16,814 bases of DNA from Candidatus Hermodarchaeota archaeon (GCA_016840065.1 JAEOTB010000056.1:1-16814), one strand, 5' to 3'; shown: positions 1 to 9,471, counted from the first letter of the stretch. The notes: a model not told the origin generated them from the sequence alone. Translations and numbers: made by a program.

Positions 1-3000
1 CTCGACATCTATCTTATCGGAAGGTCGGCCTATCGGTCAGCAACCCATAGGCTAGCCCCAGCACATGTTGAGTCAATAACTGGGTTGGGACCTGCCATTG
101 CAGTAGGACAGAATCTTCTGAACAGGAATCCATTGTCCACACTTGCCACCGCTTCAGGGCTTCACCCTTTCCTTCGACTGTTGTACACAAACTATGGTGT
201 TCGCCATTGTCCCAAATGTAACACTACCCTGCATGTTTTGTCAGAGGATGAAATCATTGATCGACTCAAATCCCTCGCAAAGCAGCACTCATCCCAGGTC
301 TTTGCTCCCCTATTACACGCTGTTCAGGGAAGTCACCGAACACTACTAGAGATTCTCGTCAAGGAATTTGGACCCGAAGCACTCCTTGTTGATGGCAAAC
401 CATGGAAAAATCAGCCCTTGAAACCAAAGATTCCCCATGATCTAGTTGTGAAGGTTGGAGAGATAGACTCCTCTACGCCCATTGTGAAAATTCGTGAAAT
501 TGTCCAGCGAGTTCTTGCTCTGGGCGCCCAGGCAATCTCTCTTCAGAGTAAGGAGGGCGAGACAAGGTTTTCTCGAAGTCCTGTTTGTTCTCGATGCGGA
601 ACTTGGTTTGGAGAACTGAAATCAACCCACTTCAACAGGTCATGCCCCTACTGCCAGAGCAAGGGATGTGACCGCTGTGGCCAAACAGGGCTCCACCCTG
701 CAGTTGCATATGTACAATGGAGGGGACTCAGGCTACCTGAACTCCTATCCCACACCGTAGAGTCGGTGCAGAAGATATTCGTCAAGGCAGATCTCCCTTC
801 CTCAGCAAGGCGGCTCGTATCGGAAATAACACGAAGACTAGATGCACTAAACCGCGTTGGCCTTGGTTACCTTTCCCTTAACCGCTCGTCTCCAACTCTA
901 TCCCGAGGTGAGTCTCAGCGTGTTCGGTTAGCTATTACTCTGACAAGCCGACTAGAAGATATGTTGCATGTCCTTGATGAGCCCACCATTGGGCAGCATC
1001 CAGCTGATGTTGCCCGTTTCCTTCCAGCATTCCGTGACCTAGCAGGCCCAGTAGTTTACGTCGAGCACGACCGAGTTGCTGCAGCCGCAGCTGACCAAGC
1101 CATCGACCTAGGGCCTGGTGCTGGAAAAGAGGGTGGTAAAGTAACCTTCACAGGAACACCCAGCGAACTATGGAAAACCGACACATCAACAGGTCGGTAC
1201 TTCAGCATGCGTGACCGTGTCGAAATCCCTGAACCACGCCCACAACCTGACAGATATCTCACCATACGTGGAGCCTGTCAACACAACCTCCAAAAAATCG
1301 ATGTAAAAATTCCCCTAGAACGTTTAACCGTCATAACAGGTGTTTCAGGGTCAGGAAAGAGTTCCCTAGTCGAACATGTGATAGTTCCGAGCCTAAAAGA
1401 GAAAACACCAGTTGGTTGCAGCGCCATTGAAGGTCCTGCAATCAAGCCTGTGATTGTGGACCAAAGCCCAATAGGTAGAAATCCACGATCCAATCCTGCC
1501 ACCTATACAAAACTAGCAGATATCATCAGAGACCTCTACGCCGCCGTGACCGGTCTTTCCGCCTCCCATTTCAGCTTCAACCGACCTGAAGGTGCCTGCC
1601 CGACTTGCAAGGGAATGGGAGCCACGGAGGCGAAGATGCGGTTTCTGCCCTCGGTGTGGATACGCTGCTCCGATTGCGAAGGACAACGCTTCAACGAGAA
1701 AGTGTTGGCAGCAAAGGTTCCATTCGGAACACAGGAGTTGTCTATCGCGGATTTCTACTCCCTCTCCATCACAGAGGTGCAGAGGCTTTTCGAGAAAGAG
1801 AAGCGGCTACCAGAGAGTCGTTGCCAATCAGCCAAACGTATCCTGAAGGCGTTAACTGATGTGGGGCTTGGTTATCTCTCTTTGGGCCAGACTTCACCGA
1901 CCCTCTCTGGAGGCGAAGCCCAGCGAGTTAAGCTCACCAAGTTTCTTGGTCGGAATAAGCTTCAGGACCGTCTCATCATACTTGATGAACCTAGCACAGG
2001 TCTCCATCCACAAGACCTCGATGGGCTACTTACTGTCTTGGACCGCTTAGTGAGAGCGGGTGCTACCATACTCGTTGTTGAACATAACACTGACATGATA
2101 CGAGCCGCTGACTGGCTCATCGATCTAGGTCCAGGAGCTGGTCCAGCTGGGGGGCAGGTTCTCTACATGGGATTCCCCAAGGGACTGATGGAAGTCAAGG
2201 ACTCACAGACAGGAAAAGCCCTGAAAGAAGAAGGAAAACTCCGGCCAAGGAAGTCTAGGAAACGCTCAGCAGTTACTCCGTCAACCCACATCTCCATTCG
2301 TAAAGCCCGTGCTAACAACCTTCAAAGTGTTAGTGTAGATATCCCTAAGGGAAAGCTGACAGTAGTGACAGGAGTATCGGGGAGCGGAAAGTCAAGCCTT
2401 GTGAACAATGTGCTGGAAGCCGAGGCGCGCCGCCGGTTTCTTGAAACCCTCTCATTGTATGAAAGGCAGGGCATACGTGAGGGTCCAGAAGCCTCTGTTG
2501 AATCAATTACTGGACTTGGTGTAACTATCACAGTAGGGCAACAAATTGCACATGCCTGGTCTACACTATCACAATTCACTCGGCGTGGATCAGTCGGTAT
2601 CGCCAGCGAGGTCAGTCACCATCTTGGAATACTACTTGCGCGAATAGGAAAACGTACCTGCCTAGGTTGCATGGCTGACATGGTCCGGGAGAAAGAGTGG
2701 AAATGTCCTAAATGCAAGGCGCGTGCACCTTTGGCGAAGGCTAGACACTTCTCGACAAGTAATTATGCTGCAAACTGCCCAGAATGTACAGGTATAGGCT
2801 TTGTTCTGGTTCCCCGACCTGAAAAACTCATCATCCACCCAGAGAAACCGCTGTGTAAGGGAGCGATGTATTCTCCTGGTTACTGGCCCCAAACCTACCT
2901 CTGCAAGGATCAACCTGTAATAGCAGAGATAGGTAAGCGCTACGGCTTCGACCCAACGACAACTCCTTGGCAGGAAATGTCCAAAGAGGCTCAAGACGCC

Positions 3001-4737
3001 TTTCTCTATGGTGACGGTCAACGCTACACTTGGACCTTCCAGAGTAAATCCGATGGCTCAATGAAGCAAAGCACCTGGACCTGGAGAGGATTCTACCAGT
3101 CTTGGGTCAAGGACTGGGACATACAAGGCACCTATACAGATAGTGTTCCCTGTCCAAAATGCAAGGGGGCAGGACTTCAACCAGAATACCTTGCAGTCAC
3201 CATTGGTGGTTGTGATTTCCATCAATTGAGTGAGATGCCTCTGAAACAACTAGCTGAGGTCTTGGAGAAGCTTCCTTCACCACCATCTGATGAACCCTTT
3301 GCAGGACAAAGCTTGACAATTGCTAAACGCAGACTGCGGTTCCTCCAACAGGTAGGTCTAGGGTATCTGCATCTTAACCGACCAATGGGTACGCTTTCAG
3401 CTGGCGAAGCCCAGCGAATAAAACTGGGAGGACTTCTCGGAAGCGAGTTGACATCTCTGACAATACTGCTCGATGAGCCCTCGCGAGGAATGCACCCTTC
3501 AGAACTTGAAGCGTTAAGGAAGGCACTGCATTCGCTTCGCGACGAAGGAAACACGGTCATAGTAGTAGAACATGATATGTTGCTGATCAGAGCAGCTGAC
3601 CACGTGATTGACATGGGACCCGGAGCTGGGGCACAAGGCGGCAAGGTAATCGCCAAGGGAACGCCCCAGGAACTATCGAAAACAAAAACCCATACAGGAA
3701 GATGGCTAAGGAAAGAACGGGGTTTTGACCGGGGACAAAGCCGCCGCGAACCAGAAGGCTGGATGACAATCAAAGGTGCCCGGGGAAATAACCTGAGCGG
3801 AGAACCTGTAAAGATTCCATTGGGTGTCGTGGTTGGAGTATGTGGAGTATCAGGTTCAGGCAAGAGCACATTGATGATTGACACCCTCGGTCGGGCATTG
3901 GCCCGCAAAGCCCAATCCTCCTCCTTTGCCATGGAACCAATCGAGCCCTTGGAATATGACTCGGTAAATGGTGCTCCAGCCCGTACAGTGATTGTAGACC
4001 AAAGCCGACGAGGAATAGGGAGCCCATCACGTTATCTAGGGATTCACAATCACCTATTGAAAGTATATGCAGATAGTGATGACGCCCAAGCCCTGGGCAT
4101 CGACCGAAAAACTCTGAGCCGCTCCTGTAAGTCATGTAAGGGGAGGGGCAGGTTACGCATCGAGATGGGCTTTCTCCCCGATGCCTACCTAGAATGTGAA
4201 ACCTGTCAGGGAACAGGCTACCTTCCTGAAGCTTGGGAAATCCGAGTAAAAGACATAGCCTTACCTGAGATCAACCATCTAACACTCGACAAGGCTTACA
4301 AGTTATTCCACGACGAACCAAAAATCGCTGAGCCATTAGAGCTTGCACGCTCGGTAGGTCTTGGCTACTTGGTATGGCATCAACCAGCCTTTTCCCTGTC
4401 AGGAGGTGAGGTCCAACGCCTCAAGATAACGGCTGAACTGATGAAAAAGACCAAAACAAAAACCCTCTATATCCTTGATGAACCAACAGTTGGGTTACAC
4501 ATGGAGGATGTGGTGCAGCTAACAAAGGTGTTACACAAGCTAGTAGAGAAGGGGCACACCGTAGTGCTTGTCGAACATCATCCCCAACTACTGGCAGCAT
4601 GTGACTGGATAATAGAACTGGGACCGGTTGGAGGTCCAGACGGCGGCAAGGTGATAGCAACAGGAACACCAGAAGAAGTTAGCCAAAAGGACACACCAAC
4701 AGCTCCATACTTGAGAGAAATCTTGGAGGCTGAATGA
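1..4737 (+). CDS. uvrA: Double-length (tandem-fused) UvrA-family excinuclease ABC subunit A-like ATPase, 5' partial
   Basis: Frame 1 is open from base 1 (LDIYLIGRSAYRSATHRLAPAHVESITGLGPAIAVGQ, homologous to the second module's ...ASVESITGLGVTITVGQ), so the true start lies upstream of the window. Three Walker A motifs GVSGSGKS are visible and the first is presumably upstream. Four signature motifs (LSRGE, LSGGE, LSAGE, LSGGE), four LDEP Walker B, four VEH loops and D/E-x-GPxxG motifs. UvrA hallmarks RNPRSNPATY and FSFNRPEGACPTC...CSDC. Second UvrA unit begins near 2287 (HISIRKARANNL). Confidence 0.93.
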   Translation, partial: LDIYLIGRSAYRSATHRLAPAHVESITGLGPAIAVGQNLLNRNPLSTLATASGLHPFLRLLYTNYGVRHCPKCNTTLHVLSEDEIIDRLKSLAKQHSSQVFAPLLHAVQGSHRTLLEILVKEFGPEALLVDGKPWKNQPLKPKIPHDLVVKVGEIDSSTPIVKIREIVQRVLALGAQAISLQSKEGETRFSRSPVCSRCGTWFGELKSTHFNRSCPYCQSKGCDRCGQTGLHPAVAYVQWRGLRLPELLSHTVESVQKIFVKADLPSSARRLVSEITRRLDALNRVGLGYLSLNRSSPTLSRGESQRVRLAITLTSRLEDMLHVLDEPTIGQHPADVARFLPAFRDLAGPVVYVEHDRVAAAAADQAIDLGPGAGKEGGKVTFTGTPSELWKTDTSTGRYFSMRDRVEIPEPRPQPDRYLTIRGACQHNLQKIDVKIPLERLTVITGVSGSGKSSLVEHVIVPSLKEKTPVGCSAIEGPAIKPVIVDQSPIGRNPRSNPATYTKLADIIRDLYAAVTGLSASHFSFNRPEGACPTCKGMGATEAKMRFLPSVWIRCSDCEGQRFNEKVLAAKVPFGTQELSIADFYSLSITEVQRLFEKEKRLPESRCQSAKRILKALTDVGLGYLSLGQTSPTLSGGEAQRVKLTKFLGRNKLQDRLIILDEPSTGLHPQDLDGLLTVLDRLVRAGATILVVEHNTDMIRAADWLIDLGPGAGPAGGQVLYMGFPKGLMEVKDSQTGKALKEEGKLRPRKSRKRSAVTPSTHISIRKARANNLQSVSVDIPKGKLTVVTGVSGSGKSSLVNNVLEAEARRRFLETLSLYERQGIREGPEASVESITGLGVTITVGQQIAHAWSTLSQFTRRGSVGIASEVSHHLGILLARIGKRTCLGCMADMVREKEWKCPKCKARAPLAKARHFSTSNYAANCPECTGIGFVLVPRPEKLIIHPEKPLCKGAMYSPGYWPQTYLCKDQPVIAEIGKRYGFDPTTTPWQEMSKEAQDAFLYGDGQRYTWTFQSKSDGSMKQSTWTWRGFYQSWVKDWDIQGTYTDSVPCPKCKGAGLQPEYLAVTIGGCDFHQLSEMPLKQLAEVLEKLPSPPSDEPFAGQSLTIAKRRLRFLQQVGLGYLHLNRPMGTLSAGEAQRIKLGGLLGSELTSLTILLDEPSRGMHPSELEALRKALHSLRDEGNTVIVVEHDMLLIRAADHVIDMGPGAGAQGGKVIAKGTPQELSKTKTHTGRWLRKERGFDRGQSRREPEGWMTIKGARGNNLSGEPVKIPLGVVVGVCGVSGSGKSTLMIDTLGRALARKAQSSSFAMEPIEPLEYDSVNGAPARTVIVDQSRRGIGSPSRYLGIHNHLLKVYADSDDAQALGIDRKTLSRSCKSCKGRGRLRIEMGFLPDAYLECETCQGTGYLPEAWEIRVKDIALPEINHLTLDKAYKLFHDEPKIAEPLELARSVGLGYLVWHQPAFSLSGGEVQRLKITAELMKKTKTKTLYILDEPTVGLHMEDVVQLTKVLHKLVEKGHTVVLVEHHPQLLAACDWIIELGPVGGPDGGKVIATGTPEEVSQKDTPTAPYLREILEAE

Positions 4738-5766
4738 ATGACCTGGGCACCAATACTACTCGCTTCACCCTCGCCCAGCCTACGACTCCTAGTCCTAAGG
4801 GACCTGCTAAAACGCCCCAACACTGACAAGGAGGTCCGCGAGCTAGAATCAATACACGAGAAGGATCCCTTGATTCAAAGTTTCATTGCCTTGCAGGAAC
4901 CAGACGGGTCATTCAGGGAAGGAGTGGGTGGCGGGTCTCATCTAGGAAAGCTAAGGATGACAGCTCAAGCCCTAATGGGGCTAGGGTATCTGGGCATAGA
5001 CCCAGAACACCCTGTAGTCAAGCGGGGAGCTGAATACATCTTCAAACAGCAGGAAGGCTCATGGGGACTCCCATATGGTGGAACCCTACTCGACGGTGGA
5101 TTACAATCCTACACAATGGTCCCTATACAGACCGCCCTCCCCCTTCTCGGCCTGGCAGCAAGTGGATACGCAACAGACCCTCGCGCTGAGCAGGCATATG
5201 AGTGGCTCCTCAATGAGCAATTAACAGATGGAGGCTGGCCCTCAGGAATTAGAGCAGGAAAGTACGTATTCCCCGCGGGCTACAGAAGGCTAGCTCATTC
5301 GAAATGGGGCTGCCGAACCAACACAACAGCAGCACTGGCAGCATTTTCTCATCACCCCAAACACAGAACCAGTGAGGCAGCAAAACGCGCTCTTGACCTG
5401 CTACTAGGCCACGAGACCCGACAGTCTCACACCCTAGGATTCGAGGTCGCACGAACCATCGGCATAGAACCCCTCCGAGGCGGATTCACCTACTACAAAC
5501 GCTATGACGTTGCCCAAATCCTTGACCTCTGCTGGCGTATCGGTGCTACTCTAGAGGATGCTAGGGTTGAAGCGAATGTTAAATTCGTGAAAGGATTACA
5601 AGGGCCATACGGACTATGGGATTACCCCGCACACCCTGAGGCAACACGCTGGGTTACATTTGATTTACTCCGTTCCCTCTCCAGACTAGACAAGAAGGGG
5701 GACTGGATAAGTCTTGAACCAAGAACCTCTTTTCAGCCTTATCCGAAACGACCCAGACGATATTAA
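4738..5766 (+). CDS. Prenyltransferase/squalene-cyclase-like (QW-repeat) alpha/alpha-barrel protein of unknown function
   Basis: Repeated QxxDGxW-like motifs (QEPDGSF, QQEGSW, QLTDGGW, QGPYGLW) follow amphipathic helices. No DxDD motif is seen. GGAGG at 4725-4729 precedes the ATG, which directly abuts the uvrA stop. Confidence 0.75.
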   Translation: MTWAPILLASPSPSLRLLVLRDLLKRPNTDKEVRELESIHEKDPLIQSFIALQEPDGSFREGVGGGSHLGKLRMTAQALMGLGYLGIDPEHPVVKRGAEYIFKQQEGSWGLPYGGTLLDGGLQSYTMVPIQTALPLLGLAASGYATDPRAEQAYEWLLNEQLTDGGWPSGIRAGKYVFPAGYRRLAHSKWGCRTNTTAALAAFSHHPKHRTSEAAKRALDLLLGHETRQSHTLGFEVARTIGIEPLRGGFTYYKRYDVAQILDLCWRIGATLEDARVEANVKFVKGLQGPYGLWDYPAHPEATRWVTFDLLRSLSRLDKKGDWISLEPRTSFQPYPKRPRRY

Positions 5767-5817
5767 ACTACTAAAACCATAGTAAGAGATGAGTTTGAAA
5801 AGCTAGATGGTGAAACG

Positions 5818-6918
5818 ATGACTGATGAGGATGTATACCGAGAATTACAGAAATACTTGGACAAGATGCCGGTTGGCTTTCCTGCCGCAGCCTCGGGTGT
5901 GGAACTCAAAATTCTCAAGCAGCTCTTCACACCCGAAGAAGCAAGAATCACGGTTCAACTAAAGTATGCTCCAATTGCCTCTGAAAGCCTAGAGAGTATC
6001 TATGAAAGACTCAAGAATTCAGGAATATCAAGGGAGAGGCTAGAGGAGGTGTTGGATAAGATGGCATCCAAGGGGCTAATCCTCTCCCGGAAAGAGGGAG
6101 ACACAAAATATTACAGCAGCGCCCAATGGATGATTGGAATCTACGAGTTCCAAGTTAACAAGCTTAACAGAGGACTGTTCTTCGATATTGTCAAGTTCAG
6201 CCTCGAAGCCTTTCGCAACGAAGCCCTCAGTACAAAGATCGCCCAGCTAAGGACCATTCCCATCGAGCAGAGTATCATACCAGAGCATCTGGTTGCTAAC
6301 TATGACCATGTGAAGAAGCTCATCGACTCATCCGATGGACCCTTCGTAGTCGCCAGCTGCATATGCCGCCAAGGAGCAGACCTCCTAGGCACTCCATGCG
6401 AGGCTACAGCTAGAATGGAAACCTGTCTAGGGTTTGGGACCTTCGCGGAGATGTACATTGAACAGGGCTGGGGACGACAGATATCAAAGGATGAACTAGT
6501 AGAGATTATCGAAAGAAACCAGAAAGACGGGCTAATCCTGCAACCCAACAACAGCGAAGACCTAGAATACATCTGTAGCTGCTGTGGCTGCTGCTGCGCC
6601 CTCCTGCTGGCAACCAAAATGTCACCTGAACCCGTAACATTCCACACCACAAACTACTACACAAAAATAACTCTCGAAGACTGCACAGGGTGTGGCACCT
6701 GCGTGGAGAAATGCCAGATGGAGGCCATAACTCTCGTTGAGGAGAAAGCCCGGATAAATCTCAACCGCTGTATAGGCTGTGGGGTTTGCACTGCTAACTG
6801 TCCCTCAGACGCCCTGACTCTAGTGCAAAAGGAAGAGGAGAGCATTCCACCAAAGACCCTCGAAGAGCTATACAAGTCCATTTTGAAGAAGAAAACGGAA
6901 ATTAGGCTTCAGGGTTAA
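5818..6918 (+). CDS. 4Fe-4S dicluster-domain iron-sulfur protein with N-terminal winged-helix-like region and Cys-rich central domain
   Basis: C-terminal CTGCGTCVEKC and CIGCGVCTANCP ferredoxin motifs; central CICRQ...C...ETC and CSCCGCCC; GGTGA RBS at about 5809-5813. Confidence 0.85.
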   Translation: MTDEDVYRELQKYLDKMPVGFPAAASGVELKILKQLFTPEEARITVQLKYAPIASESLESIYERLKNSGISRERLEEVLDKMASKGLILSRKEGDTKYYSSAQWMIGIYEFQVNKLNRGLFFDIVKFSLEAFRNEALSTKIAQLRTIPIEQSIIPEHLVANYDHVKKLIDSSDGPFVVASCICRQGADLLGTPCEATARMETCLGFGTFAEMYIEQGWGRQISKDELVEIIERNQKDGLILQPNNSEDLEYICSCCGCCCALLLATKMSPEPVTFHTTNYYTKITLEDCTGCGTCVEKCQMEAITLVEEKARINLNRCIGCGVCTANCPSDALTLVQKEEESIPPKTLEELYKSILKKKTEIRLQG

Positions 6919-7001
6919 TCCCTTCTAAATTGGGTTGGATTTGACCTAAGACTTTTATTTACAGATTGTAGCCTATTTATCTGAATGGAGGTAAATTTAG
7001 G

Positions 7002-8465
7002 TTGACAAGTCGTCATGAGAATCCGGTAGGTCTAGAAGGTTGGCCGATGCGTCGGCGTGACGCCGCAGCATCGGGAAGTGATGGGTCATCAATTATCCCA
7101 CCACTGGAAAAAGTGTGGGAATTTCAAGCGAGGAAGAAAATCGAATTTTTTGGTGATAAATTCGATAAGTCAGCGCTAGCTGTTGCATACAGTACCATAT
7201 TCTTTGGCAGCAAAGACAAGCAACTGTATGCTGTTGATGCCCTGACCGGGCAGAGTTGTTGGACATTCCAAATGGAGAAAGATGTAGCGACAACACCTAT
7301 TGTCTCTGATGGAATCGTCTATGTGGCGAGTAAGAATAAACACCTCTACGCGCTTGATGCGAAGACCAGTGAAATTCGGTGGCAACACTCCATTGGTCAT
7401 GACATTTCCGCTACTCCTACAATGGGTCACGGGTTAGTCTTTTTCGGGAGCGGTGACAAGCACATTTACGCCCTTGATGCGCAAACCGGTCAGCAACAAT
7501 GGGCATTTAACAATGACACCAAGGGACATATTAGTCCCATAATCGCTGAAGGAAAAGTCTTGGCAATAGGTAAGGGACAAACGCTCCTTGCACTCAACGC
7601 CCGCAATGGCGAACTCGTCTGGGAACAAAAGGTCAAGGTATTTTCCAATCCGGTCGTAGTTGGGGATGTCATCATTCTCCGTACAGATGCAGGAGGTCTA
7701 GAAGCAGTCAGTTTGAAGGAGGGGACACAGCTACTCAAAATGACCAAGAACGGTACTCGTGATATAAATGTGAACAAAGGTATGCTCTTCGTCACCTGGA
7801 TGTTCGAGCCCAAGGGAGTGTATGGATACAACGTCACCAGAACGAAACCTGATCGCAGCTGGCCAGGAATGTTACTTAGCTGGGATTTGGCGTATCGCGT
7901 AGATCGGGGCGATATCAGTACACCTGCGGTAGGAGGGGACTTTGCCTTTATGTCTTGGTTGAACTCGAAGTGGCTATTCGGAATCAATGTCGCTAAGGTT
8001 ATGAATCGGTGGGGGATTCAGCTCGACGTCTCTCTCAAAGCCCCTCCCGTGATTTCCAATGGAATGCTCTATGTAGCGTGTGACAAGGGCAAAGTGCTCG
8101 CCTTCAAAGGTTCTAGTGACCCCCATACCATACGCACCCTAGAGCCCCGACCGGATAAGCACTATGTTGCTCCGGAACCTACATACCTAGCGGTACTCCC
8201 CCATGGAACTATTCTGTGGCCTCAGCAGTGTTGTTTGTGTGAAGGCCCAGCAACGGAAACGGAGAAAATCTCTCTTACCGAGGGTGATACTAGGCTCGAA
8301 CTCCCCGGAGTAAACTATTGCGCGCTGTGTAAGCAGAAAGTATCGAAGCGATTCGGGCGCGGGGAGAAGCCTGGAGTCACCATTGTCAAGGTCAAGCCAC
8401 CAGTTCTGGCATTCCGAAGCGAAAACTATTGGGTTAAATTCATGGAGGCAAACCGGTTGCGATAA
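7002..8465 (+). CDS. PQQ-like (BamB-type) beta-propeller repeat protein with C-terminal Zn-ribbon-like domain
   Basis: About 40-aa repeats LYAVDALTGQSCW, LYALDAKTSEIRW, IYALDAQTGQQQW, LLALNARNGELVW; C-terminal CCLC...CALC; GGAGGT upstream of the TTG start; no hydrophobic signal peptide. Confidence 0.85.
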   Translation: MTSRHENPVGLEGWPMRRRDAAASGSDGSSIIPPLEKVWEFQARKKIEFFGDKFDKSALAVAYSTIFFGSKDKQLYAVDALTGQSCWTFQMEKDVATTPIVSDGIVYVASKNKHLYALDAKTSEIRWQHSIGHDISATPTMGHGLVFFGSGDKHIYALDAQTGQQQWAFNNDTKGHISPIIAEGKVLAIGKGQTLLALNARNGELVWEQKVKVFSNPVVVGDVIILRTDAGGLEAVSLKEGTQLLKMTKNGTRDINVNKGMLFVTWMFEPKGVYGYNVTRTKPDRSWPGMLLSWDLAYRVDRGDISTPAVGGDFAFMSWLNSKWLFGINVAKVMNRWGIQLDVSLKAPPVISNGMLYVACDKGKVLAFKGSSDPHTIRTLEPRPDKHYVAPEPTYLAVLPHGTILWPQQCCLCEGPATETEKISLTEGDTRLELPGVNYCALCKQKVSKRFGRGEKPGVTIVKVKPPVLAFRSENYWVKFMEANRLR

Positions 8466-8504
8466 CCGAGGGACCACCTTGGCGGTCTCCATTTCTGGTA
8501 TTGG

Positions 8505-9323
8505 TTATTCTTTTCTACCAATCATTTGGAGATGGCCTGCAAAGTTGACAAGGGAAGTATTGGTACAATGGTCTAGCTCTATCTTCAAGAGACGCTCACG
8601 TATCTGAGGATTAGCTTCAAGTTTTGCTAGAATGCTCTCTTTAACCTGATGCATGAACACCGGTGCTCCCACAACCTCAATCACGGTCAGACCAGCTTTC
8701 TCGTAATACTCGGCTAGCTCCTCCCAAGTTAGGTTATAGGAAGGAAACTCATAATCATAGGAAATATTAGTCTTGAGTAATTCCTCGACTTCGTCGATTA
8801 AGCCAGCCTCAACCATCTCTGAAACACGTCGGAATTTTGTGTCCAAGCTGACAATTACATAAGTGCCAGGTTTGGCAACTCGCGCCAACTCTTTCATCGC
8901 CTTTGCTGGCTTTAAACAGAGAGAAACCGCATCATACTGGGAGAAGACAAAATCAAAAGAATCAGAATCTAGCTCCTTCATATCGGCGATGTCGGATTTG
9001 ATGAAACCGACGTTATGGGCTACTCCTAGTTTCTGGAAGCGCTTCTCCGCCTCGTCCAGCATACCCTGAGACAAATCAGAAATAACGATGGTCTTGTAGC
9101 CCAGCTCAACTAGCTTTTGCGCCCAAAAACCATCACCCCCACCAGCATCCAAGATTCGGATGGAGGCTCGTTTAGGTAGGTACTTGGTAATGAAATGCCA
9201 CGTAATAGCATCAGCAAAACTGAAGGCAACCCTTGCCGTATCAAACCGTGAGGGCGCAAACCTTCCCGAGGAATATCCCTTAGCATACTTGTCGAATATT
9301 TCCTCAACTTTCGGTTTTGGCAT
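8505..9323 (-). CDS. Class I SAM-dependent methyltransferase
   Basis: Motif I ILDAGGGDG, acidic DLSQGML, FDFVFS and ELARVAKPG. Start placed at ATG 9323 (MPKPKVEE) rather than 9353, because the extra codons overlap a promoter-like sequence. Confidence 0.88.
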   Translation of the reverse strand: MPKPKVEEIFDKYAKGYSSGRFAPSRFDTARVAFSFADAITWHFITKYLPKRASIRILDAGGGDGFWAQKLVELGYKTIVISDLSQGMLDEAEKRFQKLGVAHNVGFIKSDIADMKELDSDSFDFVFSQYDAVSLCLKPAKAMKELARVAKPGTYVIVSLDTKFRRVSEMVEAGLIDEVEELLKTNISYDYEFPSYNLTWEELAEYYEKAGLTVIEVVGAPVFMHQVKESILAKLEANPQIRERLLKIELDHCTNTSLVNFAGHLQMIGRKE

Positions 9324-9471
9324 GGAGTGTAAAGAGCCTCTGCGTCTTAACACCCTTTCGGGCAGTTGTTAATTCCAGAGGGGCTAAACAAACCGCTACA
9401 ATCACAGGGCTATCCTCTGACTAAATAGGAATACCAGAAGTAATTTATTTTATTATTGAGTAGTTTAATTC

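Noticed and set aside
4732-4740. In-frame TGA between uvrA and the barrel gene as a selenocysteine or readthrough fusion
   Set aside because: UvrA ends at its normal C-terminus (TAPYLREIL), the next gene has its own GGAGG and ATG, and there is no Cys-like context or evident SECIS.
143-4829. Many short alternative-frame and antisense ORFs inside uvrA (e.g. 3222-3932, 236 aa)
   Set aside because: They overlap a well-supported gene and show no independent motifs.
4738-5766. Calling the barrel protein a squalene-hopene cyclase
   Set aside because: It is a single domain of 342 aa with no DxDD motif; only the structural QW repeats are shared.
7220-7500. About 120-nt periodic DNA similarity (TAxGCxxTTGATGC)
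   Set aside because: It is explained by the propeller blade repeats; it is not a CRISPR array or DNA-level repeat element.
8468-8495. Hairpin between the convergent propeller and methyltransferase genes as a terminator
   Set aside because: The stem is weak with a mismatch and has no clear U-tract.
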